From contig NC_047067.1 of NCBI RefSeq assembly GCF_902459465.1, forward strand, positions 20,646,001 through 20,710,000: a stretch of DNA of 64,000 bases, read 5' to 3'. A program made the position numbers and the translations under genes. The notes beneath the pieces were generated by a model. That model saw only the letters and a program-made list of their open reading frames with translations, did no database searches and was not told the DNA's origin. Position 1 is the first letter of the stretch; each line of letters starts with the position of its first letter. This stretch comes from Asterias rubens (taxonomy: Eukaryota). This document shows positions 41,101 to 51,769 of the stretch, in pieces.

Positions 41101-41911
41101 CATGTTGGTCTGAACTAAAAGGCAACATTATACTTTCAAATCCACAAATTTTTTTTATATTTTTTTTATATATATTATTTTTTAAGTGCCACTTGAATCA
41201 GCAATAGGGAATATTTACAATTTTTTCAAATCTGAGTTATTTTCATCTTTAGTTTGTTCTTGATGCCTGAGGAAACTTCCATTTGTATAGATGTTCTGCT
41301 TTAAAGCAGCTAAGTGAAATTGGGCCCTGGAAATCTTAACTAGTATTGTAAACTGATAATATGTCCTTGCTTGCAGAACTTATTACTAATTTGTAATCAA
41401 ACAAATAGTGCTGTAGAACAAAGTTTACATATCTACTGGTTTAGTCACTTGATTGTTGAATAACTGAAATTCTCAAGTAACTTATGACGTTACCTTCATG
41501 AATGTTCTTGGAAGACTCTGTGGATGATTAGTCATGGCATCTTGATGGGGAAAACATGTTCAGAGTTAAGTTTCTGTTTTACCTGCCCAGATGTGTCAGT
41601 GAACTAAAAAGGAATTCCTGTAAACCTTGAATTGTTAGACATGTCCCTCTAATTCAAATCTGGGCCCCTTCATCATTCCTAGGAGCTATGAATTGGAAAA
41701 TGTCTCTTAACAAGATGTTTTGCATAGCAACTATTCATGGCGGAAAACTTTGAGGAGAACAGACCCTGGTACATTGTTTCTGTAACAGCATTAAAGCCAA
41801 ACAAAACTAAATATTAATTGACATTCTCAATTAACTTGTGACTCTAGTACCTCTACGCTGTTTAAAATATTATATTATATTATGGGTATATTTTACTTTT
41901 GTTTCTTACAG

Positions 41912-41962
41912 CACAGTAATAGCCTCAGCCAACCACAAGCCCAAAAACCTCAACTGAACTTG
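41912..41962 (+). CDS. TNS1: Tensin linker exon (HSNSLSQPQAQKPQLNL)
   Basis: tttcttacag acceptor, TG|gtaagt donor, phase 0/0, open frame. Confidence 0.7.
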
Positions 41963-42413
41963 GTAAGTAATAACTAAATGTCTTGTATTTTATTTCATGT
42001 TATTTTTAGTTCTTTATTCTTACTTAATGACAACTATGCCAAAGATTCGTTTGGTTTGATGTTTATAATTGCCAAGTACATGTACACTAGTTGTTCTTTT
42101 CAAGGGACATTTCAGGTTGAAATATTGATGTTATCTATCTACATCTCCTTGTAACAAACTGCTTTGGAGGACATTGAGGCAGTACTGACTGGTGATTGTA
42201 TGACTAGCTCTTCCACCTGCCTTGCTTTTTGTTTTATTTTCTTCTGGGAGTTTGGCAAACCCTAAGCCTCTCCAGTCATTGATGGTGTGATCCTTCTTCT
42301 TCCCATGTATCTTTCTTTCCATGCTCTGCCACAAAATCCCAGGCTCTGTTCAGGCCCGTCATGAATTTTAATTTGATTCACAATTTTGACTCTAACATCT
42401 TGTGTGTTTGCAG

Positions 42414-42487
42414 AAAAGAGTTTCCATTGATAGTAATCAGAACAAGATGACAGCTCACGTCCATGCAGAAATCTCACCAATGTCCAG
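42414..42487 (+). CDS. TNS1: Tensin linker exon (KRVSIDSNQNKMTAHVHAEISPMS)
   Basis: tttgcag acceptor, AG|gtaata donor, phase 0 in and 2 out, which is needed to reach the phase-2 acceptor at 42879. Confidence 0.75.
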
Positions 42488-42507
42488 GTAATAAACCAAA
42501 CCAACCC

Positions 42508-42759
42508 GGGCCCAATTTCATGGCTCTGCTTACCGCCAAATTCTGCCCTTACAATCACAATTCACCGCTTTACGTGCTAGCACCAAATTTCTGCGCTAGC
42601 CTTGTAAGCGTAGAATGCCTAGTAATGTGGAATACACATGCGCAGAAGCCAAAATGTTTCTGCTAGCCCGTGGGCTACGCTTGGCATAAGCACTGAATTC
42701 CCTGCTTTTGTAAGCGCCGATTCTGTGCTTATGGTTAGCAGAGCCATGAATGTGGGCCC
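42508..42759. mobile_element. Harbinger-like MITE
   Basis: TIRs GGGCCCAATTTCATGGCTCTGCT / GCAGAGCCATGAATGTGGGCCC; TSD not cleanly preserved. Confidence 0.8.
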
Positions 42760-42878
42760 TTGTCTATCACTGTGTTGTGAACCACCATAACTTTATTCCA
42801 GACCAACTGAAAGCTTCTTAAACAGGCTGGTTCCTGCTGAAGACTTATGACTAAATCCTACTTTTGTTTTTGTTTCAG

Positions 42879-42946
42879 AGGAGGGGAGAGCAATATCAAG
42901 TACTCCTTTGACCTGGATGTTGACTACATCACAGAAAGACTCATTG
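42879..42946 (+). CDS. TNS1: Tensin PTP-like domain exon (RGGESNIKYSFDLDVDYITERLI)
   Basis: Matches the tensin/PTEN/auxilin DLDLTYITERII motif; ttcag acceptor, gtaaat donor. Confidence 0.93.
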
Positions 42947-43204
42947 GTAAATACATTTATTATTTAAAAAGAAATCTTTAATTGATTTGTTTTTCTGCCC
43001 TTGCTCCATTTCAAGTTTTAAAAATGTATTTTTCTAAATCACTTACCAAGCTAGCCAATCCCCAAGAACAGAGAATATTTAGTTGTTGCTTTCACTAAGA
43101 CATGTCCATTGTTTCTTTGATGAAATGTCTAGAGTTTGATTACATGATGTGATAAACATATTGAATATCAGTTATTGATGTCAATCAATGTTTTATTATA
43201 TTAG

Positions 43205-43353
43205 GTGTCTCCTTCCCATCCGGAGGCTTAGAGGCCCAGTACCGTAGCAACCTCAAGGATGTAGTACGGATGCTCAAGAGTAAACATCAAGATAATTATG
43301 TCATCTTCAACCTCTCTCAGAAACGTCATGACCTCAATAAGCTGAATTCCCAG
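43205..43353 (+). CDS. TNS1: Tensin PTP-like exon (GVSFPSGGLEAQYRSNLKDVVRMLKSKHQDNYVIFNLSQKRHDLNKLNSQ)
   Basis: Tensin signature YRxNLxxVxxMLxSKH...FNLS; phase 1/0. Confidence 0.95.
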
Positions 43354-44409
43354 GTTAGTTATACCCTGAATGATGGGCCTCATTTACTCTGTACAGATAC
43401 TTGTATAGATGATTTAAAGGGCCACACCATTTGCTTCCAGTCTCTGTTTGCTCAAATTGACTTGAACTAAAGATAACACAACATGACTGCAGTGTAATAA
43501 TGTAATCAAAACATCAAAGTTTCGTATTTAACATTGACATAAAACTTTCACAGCTATGTGATGCTCTCTTTAGGGACTCTGAACTGGGATTTTATTCTCA
43601 ATATATTTGTTTTCAATTTCAGCAGTGAGCTCTAGACATCACCAGAAGATGAACTATAACATGCTTTTTCATTTCGAAGTTGCCCACTTTTAATTTAGTA
43701 TTTATTTGTACATATTTGATTTATTTTTAATCATGGCTGAGAGCACTTTAAGCAGGAATATTCTCATGGTGAGAGCTTTCATCGAGAGAGCTTTTGAATA
43801 CTTATTGAACCATTTTGAAATGAGGTTGTTATGTCTGGGGATGTATATTTTGATGAGGTGTTGAATGTCGTTGCCTCTCTTGGAGACCTTCATTTACTTG
43901 CATAGCATTTGAACCTAACATCTGCCTATACAGATGTCTCTCCAGCTAAGTGTATTAGGTACACCTATGGCAGTGTGAATTACCACAAGAAAGTTCATTT
44001 TGCGTCAGCTTGTGATGTCACATAAGCTCTAGCTTCAATCTCATCTTGCAATTATTGAAATGCACCTGATATTTGTTGGTTGGAAACCCAAGGGTTTCTC
44101 CTTCACCCAGGGTGAGATCTCCAGGCTCCAGGCTCCATTTTCATGGGGCTGCTTCGCATCAAAAAGAAGGTGAAATCAAGGCCCAAAATCACACAGGACT
44201 TTGTAGATTGAAAATATTTTGGCCATCAAATTTTGTTGTATTTAGCTGTTTATAAAATAGACTAACATTTTAAATAAATTCAACAGCTGCCTGCTAGAGC
44301 GTAATGCTGAATCATTTATTTTAGTGCTGAGCCAATGTTAGCAGATAAAATCAAACAAAAGAATTGTTTTTGAATGGAAGTCAATGTGTTTTGTTGTTGT
44401 ACGATGTAG

Positions 44410-44532
44410 GTGTATGATCTGGGCTGGCCTGACCATCTGGCTCCACCCTTGGAGAAGCTGTGTAGTATCTGTAAACACATAGAGACATGGCTGAAGGCAG
44501 AATCACAACATGTGGTTGTACTGCATTGCAAG
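44410..44532 (+). CDS. TNS1: Tensin PTP-like exon (VYDLGWPDHLAPPLEKLCSICKHIETWLKAESQHVVVLHCK)
   Basis: WPD loop and VVVLHCK as in tensins; phase 0/0. Confidence 0.95.
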
Positions 44533-45008
44533 GTACATACATATAGGCTAGCATACTCCTTCCCTCTCCCTACCTGCCCCCCCCCCCCCTCCAACCCCTA
44601 ACCTCCCCAAATCCAAACCCAACCAAAACTAAAACAAAAACCGATTGCTGTCTTTCGAGGCCTTGTCAGAAAGAAGAATTTCGGTAGCAGACACGTAAGA
44701 ACCACCATGCAGTGAGCATCTCAATTGAACTTATCTAATGGTCCACTTACATGTATTGTGTATCCTAAGGAAGATTATGTGAACATTTGAACGTACAGTT
44801 TGCTTTCTTTAAGATTGGCTTGGACCGGTTGACAGTAAATTGCATCATTATCAACCGCCCAGTCATAAACTTTAGCTGGCTCCTTTCTGCTGTATTCTTT
44901 TTTAGATTGAGTTGGATGGAATCCTCTTTTTTAAGGCCTAGGGCAGTAGTGTAGAGGTTTGTATGGATTCTTTGAATTGATAAGTTGTTATAATCTTTGT
45001 CTTTGTAG

Positions 45009-45073
45009 GGAGGGAGAGGTCCCATTGGTATGATCGTCTTGGCCTACATGAATTACATCAACATCACCTCGAA
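45009..45073 (+). CDS. TNS1: Tensin PTP-like exon (GGRGPIGMIVLAYMNYINITS)
   Basis: Completes the P-loop HCKGGRGPIG; tttgtag acceptor, gtaagt donor. Confidence 0.93.
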
Positions 45074-45457
45074 GTAAGTAACAAGAGGTACTACCTCACT
45101 TAAGGCTTCTTCACAACCAAATTATTTGTCAATACCTGTAAGACATCCCAGTTTACTCCGTGGTAGTGCAGTTTATAACAATCCCATAAGCTAAAGTAGT
45201 CCCAGCAGGACAGTTCTTTTCAGAACTGAGAAGTCTTCGGAATTTCCAATGAATCTACTCGGTGGTAGTAGAATATATAGCATGACAGTTCCCTAAAGAA
45301 CAAACTCTACCTGGCAAGTAGATACACACTTGGTGTTACCGCAAACCAAATATATATTGATACCTCACCATGCAATGCCTCAAATCCCACATCACAATTT
45401 GTTGCTTTACTTATAAGATTTTACAGTATTAACCAAACCCAATTTGAAATAATTCAG

Positions 45458-45654
45458 TTCTGAGACAGCGATGGACAGGTACGCCATGAAACGTTTTTTA
45501 GAAGCCAAGACTGAATCAGCCATGCATCCATCTCAACATCGTTACGTCAATTACTTCACTGGTCTACTGATGAGGTCAATACAGGTCAACAGTGCACCTC
45601 TGTTCCTGCATCATGTTCTCATACATGGAGTTCCTAATTATGACGTCAATGGAG
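45458..45654 (+). CDS. TNS1: Tensin exon spanning PTP/C2 (NSETAMDRYAMKRFL...HPSQHRYVNYF...PLFLHHVLIHGVPNYDVNG)
   Basis: DRFAMKRF and PSQxRYVxYF tensin motifs; phase 2/1. Confidence 0.95.
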
Positions 45655-45862
45655 GTGGGTAAAGGGCGCCAATCCTCATTGGTACTGGTTCCCTGCTAAT
45701 TTATGTATATGCACAAATGAGCAGGGAACAAGTCACGAGTAATTAGTATTGCATGATACTTTGACTGGTAATTTTTATGTTAAGCCAATTCTGTCTGCAA
45801 TTAATTAGCAAATTTTGGTGTGAACTACTTTTGATAAAATTGTTGTTGTTTTTCTCTCTCAG

Positions 45863-45923
45863 GTTGTCGACCTTTTCTGAGGGTTTATCAGGGGATGCAG
45901 CCTATCTATACATCTCCAGTATT
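45863..45923 (+). CDS. TNS1: Tensin C2 exon (GCRPFLRVYQGMQPIYTSPV)
   Basis: GCRPFLxIYQxMQPVYTS motif; ctctcag acceptor, gtaagt donor. Confidence 0.95.
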
Positions 45924-46278
45924 GTAAGTAAAGTTAGAGTGCTCACATAGAATACTGAGACGTTTATTCAACATAAATACATACAAACATTCATGAGGCA
46001 CATTTTTACCCGGAGTTACGAAGTTATCAATAATACTTAGTTTTGTATGTAAGTTGGTGTCTAAAATGAGCAGCTTTGCCTGTGGCTTTTGCTTTAATTG
46101 TAATGGTGAGATGTTGTGGTGTATTGTGCCGAGCATTTTGTTTATCTAGTCCTGGCTTAAGCCATAGTCCAAGCTGTAGCTATTCTATCAGTAAATGTAT
46201 AATCCTTTTTACAAGAAAACAAGATATTTTCCAGCATCTGTTACATTGGTGTTCTTCTCTCATTACTTCCATCAACAG

Positions 46279-46481
46279 TTCAGTACCAGAGGGTACCAGT
46301 CGATTCGCAATCACATTGGATCAGGCGTTGCCAATTAGAGGAGACATCTTGATTAAGTGCTACCACAAGAAGTTCCGAGCAACAACGCGAGATGTGATTT
46401 TCAGATGTCAGTTTCACACAACGGCCATCATGGAGTGTCGTCTTGTGTACCAGAAGACGGATCTAGATGATGCCTGCACTG
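46279..46481 (+). CDS. TNS1: Tensin C2 exon ([32 protein letters not shown]...[11 protein letters not shown]...KTDLDDACT)
   Basis: GDILxKCYHK, FRxQFHT and KxDLDDA motifs; phase 2/1. Confidence 0.95.
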
Positions 46482-46548
46482 GTGGGTTGTTATGTTCCTT
46501 GTTAACTTTTGGATATTGTCTGGTACTTGATCACAAGTTACCTCTTTA

Positions 46549-46765
46549 ATTTGAACTCCTGAGACTATCGAGACAGTTGCTATGTCACATAGGGGCAAGC
46601 TTTTGCTTTGGTTACGTAAGAGACGGTGATCACCCATACACAATTCTGAATGGATGTGTATGACACAATGGTACCAGGGTCTGCTCATCTAGAGGTTGCT
46701 ATGCAAAAGCTTGCCCTGAACCATTTGACATAGCAACTGTCTCTATAGTCTGAGGAATTCAAATG
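46549..46765. mobile_element. MITE with ~60-bp TIRs, possibly Tc1/mariner type
   Basis: atttgaactcctgagactatcgagacagttgctatgtca...gcaagcttttgc pairs with the right end; TA on both flanks. Confidence 0.85.
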
Positions 46766-47036
46766 TAAGCGGTACATTGTGACTAAGCAAGTCATTGTAC
46801 CAGACATTATTCAAACCTAACTCACAAATGGCTTATTGAAACCACACTTGTTCATGCTTGCATTTCTCATCAATTGAAAAAATTGTTTCTTCGTGATTGG
46901 TTTCTTTGAATGCATTTTACAGGAGTGGCGGCTGACAAATGCTGTATAGAAAGTTATTGTATAATCATCACTTGCTTCATTATTTTTCAACCATGTTTAC
47001 AAACTCACTTGCTTCTGTTCTATATTGTTCTGACAG

Positions 47037-47207
47037 ATGCCCGATTTCCAGAGTTCACCAAAGTGGAGTTTGTTTTCTCTCAGACGCCAGACAGACTCCA
47101 TGGGAGTGACTACGTACCTGGGAGTAACTTCCCTGTGGATAATTCTGATGATCCGCTCATCCGATGGGATTCTTACGAGAACTTTGAAACCACAATCGAT
47201 GGCGGAG
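47037..47207 (+). CDS. TNS1: Tensin exon, C2 end (DARFPEFTKVEFVFSQTP...DPLIRWDSYENFETTIDGG)
   Basis: RFPxxxKVEFVFS and DPLIRWDSYENF tensin motifs; phase 1/1. Confidence 0.95.
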
Positions 47208-47557
47208 GTAGGCTGATTGCGAATAGGGAGTTGTCTCTCTGGAAAAGTTTGAGGTTTTTTTATGAATGCCTCTGCTCTCAGTTTCCAAAAATAATAACCT
47301 GAAACAAAAATGGAATTCTTAAGAATAGGGGAATTCTTAAGAATTGGGTGCTCCACAAGGAAACTTGTGTGAGAAAACTATGGGGAAAACTTTAAGTTTA
47401 GGGACAAAGGAAAGAACAAAAATGCTCCAGAGAGATGCATTTTTGATCAAGGCTTATACTTATGAGTCATCTCTCAAAGTTCTTCTAGATTGATTTAAGA
47501 AGACAGTAGAAGTTGTCATTGATGAAAGTATTTTTGTTGTTGTGTATTTTTTCACAG

Positions 47558-48138
47558 ATTACTCTCCAGAGATCCTTGACTTGTCAATCAACATGAACAA
47601 CAACATCCCACACAGTTCTGCTCCAGATGGCAGCTTGTATGCTGAGGTTCAGAAAACGCCTAGTCCCATTCGCCAAGATAACCCATTCTTCCCCTACCAC
47701 CCCTCAGCGCCTACATCGCCCACATCTAATCAACTGAAACCCATCATGCCTGGTTCAGTTGACTATGAGATGGGTCCTCGCAGCCCCATGCAGACTACTC
47801 AGATGGCTGTATTGCGCGCTAAGATGAATGCGCAGAAGGATCCAGGTTACCAGACCAGTAAGCAACGAACACCCAGTCCCCGTACTCCAACTAGTGATCC
47901 ACCCAGCCCATTGCAACCTCAATCTCCATCATTAACTCAGCCTATTAACCAGTCCCCACTCCAGAGACCCACTGAGTTAATGAATGGACCAAAGTCGACA
48001 CCAGAGACCCCCTCTACCGCTCAGCAGAAGAGGATGATGAATTACAAGGAGAGACGAGACCTGGATGATCTGCTTAGAGGTATTGGAGATAACGCACCTG
48101 TCAATCCCAGCTCTGATAGCCAGAGACCAAGGGATGAG
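47558..48138 (+). CDS. TNS1: Tensin Pro/Ser-rich exon (DYSPEILDL...PDGSLYAEVQK...QRPRDE)
   Basis: ttcacag acceptor, GAG|gtaaat donor; DGSLYAxVxK motif; lies within ORF 47542..48336. Confidence 0.88.
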
Positions 48139-48610
48139 GTAAATAATCCATTTAATATTACACCTCAAGTTATTCTAGTTAAGAGATACAACCCCCTATC
48201 AACTAAAACAGTTATTTATGCTTGCATATTGATTGACATTTTGTTTGAATTTCGAAGATGTGTCCCTTTTTCTCTATATTCAAATTTGTTTTTCAAAACT
48301 GAATTTGAACTGTCACAAGCAGTGATAGTTCTGTGACTGCTAAATCCACATGTCCAATTATGATTTGTTTTCTAAATGTTATCGCTTTCAACAAATAAGA
48401 AGTAAGTCTGCAAACAGAATAAATTTGTTAAGACTTTTTAATTTAAAGACTATTTAAAAAACTTTATATATACAAAAATAATTAACTATGCACTAGCCAA
48501 AACCTCAACCCAGGTTTCTTGATGTATATGACTCTTTTGATCCTTTCTTACACTGCCTTTTGTTCATTTTTAAATACTGCATAATTTACGACAATATTTA
48601 TTCTCACCAG

Positions 48611-49721
48611 GTGGTGGAAAAGAGAAAGATTGTTGACATCCAAGCCCAGATGTCGCAGCTTCCTCCAATGGAATCTCAACGATCACCAACTCCAAAGATT
48701 TATTACCCTCAGCCTCGGAGTGCGTTAGATCTTGAGAATCCATACGCTGAAATCACTGATGCTGTCCCAATCAGGAGTATGGCTCTGAATCCTGAGGCCA
48801 GCCAGCCCAGTCAGCCCAATCAGCCACCCATCGTAGAGCAAATAGCTTTCACCCGTGTGGAGCCTGTTGAGAGTATGAAAATGCCAGATTTGGATAAACT
48901 CAGAACTCCACAGAACCATGACAACCCGACCTATGCAGCAACTAAGGACAGAGATCGGGGCTCACAATCAAGTACACCTCAAAGGAACCCAGATGTTTCA
49001 CATTTGAATAATGTTAATCAGTATGCGTACCCATTAGGCTCAAACCAACCTTCACCGGTTTGGGAACCTCAGCCTTTACGGGCAAAGAAGGAACAAATTA
49101 TGTTCATCTACAAGGAAGATCCAACGTCTCCTCGAGGTCCACCAGTACCTCCCTTACCTGAGGAGTATCTCCGCAATCAATCAGACCAGCCTGATTCATC
49201 TCAGGTACTGTCTAGCAACAGGACATCCTCAGAAGTCAGTGACGATGCAATGACATGGCTTCAGAAGCAGCAACAGAAACTTAAAGAGAAGCGTGAAAGA
49301 GAAGGTGCTGTCGAGAATCCCACCTTTCAAACACCTAGAAGGGAACTCCCTAGGGTTCCTGAACCAAGACGAGAGGTCTTCACTCAGCCTGACAGGGTTC
49401 CTGAACCAAGACGAGAGGTCTTCACTCAGCCCGACAGAGCGCCTGAACCAAGACAAGTTGTCTCCCCTCAGTCTGACAGGGTGCCTGAACCAAGACAAGT
49501 AGTCTCCCCTCAGCAGGACAGGGTGCCTGAACCGATGTACCAGTCACAGATCATGACAGCTCCCAGGGATGAGATACCAACGGACAACCTGACCTGGCTG
49601 GAGCAGAAACAGAGGAAGCTTCAAGAGAAGAGACAAAAGGAAGAGCAATCAAGTCCTTTATTTATTAACACCTCTTATCAGAGCCCGTCTTATGGCACAC
49701 CTTCCAGGACAGATTCCTCTG
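48611..49721 (+). CDS. TNS1: Tensin large disordered exon (VVEKRKIVD...PSRTDSS)
   Basis: ctcaccag acceptor, G|gtaact donor, 1111 nt open; lies within ORF 48560..49837. Confidence 0.85.
49352..49534 (+). repeat. Coding 42-bp (14-aa) tandem repeat, ~4.4 copies, R(V/A)PEPR(R/Q)(E/V)V(F/S)...D
   Basis: Unit starts at 49352, 49394, 49436, 49478 and 49520. Confidence 0.95.
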
Positions 49722-49956
49722 GTAACTATAGCTTTGCTTCTTTGCATCTTCTCCCAACTTTTATAAATTGCTTAATCCTCTTTGTATATATAAGACTTTA
49801 TGAAACCAACTATTCAAGCGTTACCTTCATCCACTAACACTCATTTCTGACTTGAAATACATGACTTGCTACCAAGTAATGGACACACACACTACATGTA
49901 TGTTCACCAATACTGAGTATCCAGTCTTTTACACACATTGGTGTAAGTATAACTGC

Positions 49957-50456
49957 NNNNNNNNNNNNNNNNNNNNNNNNNNNNNNNNNNNNNNNNNNNN
50001 NNNNNNNNNNNNNNNNNNNNNNNNNNNNNNNNNNNNNNNNNNNNNNNNNNNNNNNNNNNNNNNNNNNNNNNNNNNNNNNNNNNNNNNNNNNNNNNNNNNN
50101 NNNNNNNNNNNNNNNNNNNNNNNNNNNNNNNNNNNNNNNNNNNNNNNNNNNNNNNNNNNNNNNNNNNNNNNNNNNNNNNNNNNNNNNNNNNNNNNNNNNN
50201 NNNNNNNNNNNNNNNNNNNNNNNNNNNNNNNNNNNNNNNNNNNNNNNNNNNNNNNNNNNNNNNNNNNNNNNNNNNNNNNNNNNNNNNNNNNNNNNNNNNN
50301 NNNNNNNNNNNNNNNNNNNNNNNNNNNNNNNNNNNNNNNNNNNNNNNNNNNNNNNNNNNNNNNNNNNNNNNNNNNNNNNNNNNNNNNNNNNNNNNNNNNN
50401 NNNNNNNNNNNNNNNNNNNNNNNNNNNNNNNNNNNNNNNNNNNNNNNNNNNNNNNN
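49957..50456. other. Assembly gap (500 N)
   Basis: Run of exactly 500 N; the round number suggests a placeholder size. Confidence 0.99.
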
Positions 50457-50502
50457 CGCTACTGCTGCTTCTGTAGTTGTATTGTGACACAGGTGTGACC
50501 CC

Positions 50503-50666
50503 TGGCTATACGGTCCTATAAGGTTGTATGACTTTGAAAGGAGAAGGAACGTGAAAGACAACTCCATGGTCCAACCCTCCCTATAACTACAACCTGTGAC
50601 ATCTGCCTGAGAGTATTTGGTTCACGGATCAGACTTTTGAGTCATCGACGGAGTCACCTTAGGCAC
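50503..50666 (+). mobile_element. RTE-like LINE 3' remnant with C2H2 finger
   Basis: 50595-50657 encodes CDICLRVFGSRIRLLSHRRSH (CxxCxRxFxSRIGLxSHxRxH type); upstream frame W...FERRR is broken by a stop and a frameshift. Confidence 0.6.
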
Positions 50667-50669
50667 CAG

Positions 50670-50800
50670 GGGTCGATTTCACAAAGAGTTAGGACTAGTC
50701 TTATCTCGAGTTAGCTACCCATACATTTTGTATATCTCCTAGGACTAGTCCTAAGTTAGCCTAAGTTAGGGCTTGTCCTAACTCTTTGTGAAATCGACCC
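50670..50800. mobile_element. Harbinger-type MITE, 131 bp
   Basis: TIR GGGTCGATTTCACAAAGAGTTAGGAC / GTCCTAACTCTTTGTGAAATCGACCC with CAG TSD on both sides. Confidence 0.92.
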
Positions 50801-50939
50801 CAGCTACCTCAACCTAATAACTTTGTTTATCCTGTGGAGAATATCTTCCTCGACATCGAGGGATTGCTTATTTTTATTATGACTTTGACTGGTGCCCAAG
50901 CCCCCAGTACAAAAGTAGTGATGAAATAAGGAGACCCTC

Positions 50940-51030
50940 ATGATGGGCCTAGATAATTGAGAGCACTGGCACATACATCTGTGAGATCCCAGGTTCAAAT
51001 GTCAATCTAGAAAGTCTTTCTTTGTTCCCT
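50940..51030 (+). mobile_element. Degenerate tRNA-derived SINE head
   Basis: gagcactggcac...AGGTTCAAAT...ctag...ttctttgttc; similar to the minus-strand copy at 12131-12305. Confidence 0.45.
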
Positions 51031-51184
51031 AAAAAATTGGAAAGACAAGTTCGTTGATTGATGGCTATTATACATTGCTTTCCATAGTTTGCAAACCATA
51101 GTTTGCCAACCATCTGGCCATAGTTTGCCAACCATCAACTTATTAATTTGTCCTTTTCTATATGGGGATCGTTGTTTTTTCTAG

Positions 51185-51259
51185 ATCCTTCAGGTACTGA
51201 TGCTACAGATAGTGATTTGGATTCCAAGTCAGCTCATAATCTACTGTCCCAAGGCGCAG
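51185..51259 (+). CDS. TNS1: Tensin SH2-PTB linker exon (DPSGTDATDSDLDSKSAHNLLSQGA)
   Basis: tttttctag acceptor, G|gtaaga donor; matches the tensin DP...LLxQGAAC linker. Confidence 0.9.
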
Positions 51260-51600
51260 GTAAGATTGATTGTAATCTTAGAATTAAAGATCGTTTATTT
51301 CCTGAGATGGCTAATAATTGGGTTAAAATTCCAGTTAAAATGTCCAAATTAAACTGAAATGTTGTTTGTTTGAGAAATTCAGAAAGTATGTTACCATTGA
51401 AAAATACGGGCATATCTGTATTTTTATTGGTTTTAATTGTACAGCGCTTTGTTAATGTCTGTGACATGGAAGGCGTTTTTCAAATAATAAATATTTCACA
51501 ATTGGCATTTTGGTTCAAGCTGTTTGCAGCCACAATGGGCATTTTTTTTTAACAATGCAATCTCATAATACCGCATATTTGATGATGTTTTTGTCTGTAG

Positions 51601-51769
51601 CTTGCAACGTTCAGTTTCTGGGAACAGTGGAGATGGAATCGTTAACGGGCCCTAGTGCAGTAGGTGAAGCTACTACAAGGATCATGAATTCTAAGGAGAA
51701 ACCTAAGAGGGTGGTTGTACACTTCAAGGTGTCGCTGAAGGGAGTCACAATCACAGATAACCAGAGGAA
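51601..51769 (+). CDS. TNS1: Tensin PTB exon (ACNVQFLGTVEMESLTGPSAV...VHFKVSLKGVTITDNQR)
   Basis: ESLTGP and VHFKVSxxGITLTDNQRK motifs. Confidence 0.96.

Noticed and set aside
41912-41916. Tandem acceptor tacag/cacag
   Set aside because: The second AG is 5 nt downstream and would frameshift the chain.
47542-49837. ORFs 47542..48336 and 48560..49837 as standalone genes
   Set aside because: They are tensin exons with intronic read-through at both ends; splice sites define the true limits.
49834-50567. Three 211-218-aa ORFs
   Set aside because: Artefacts of translating through 500 N.
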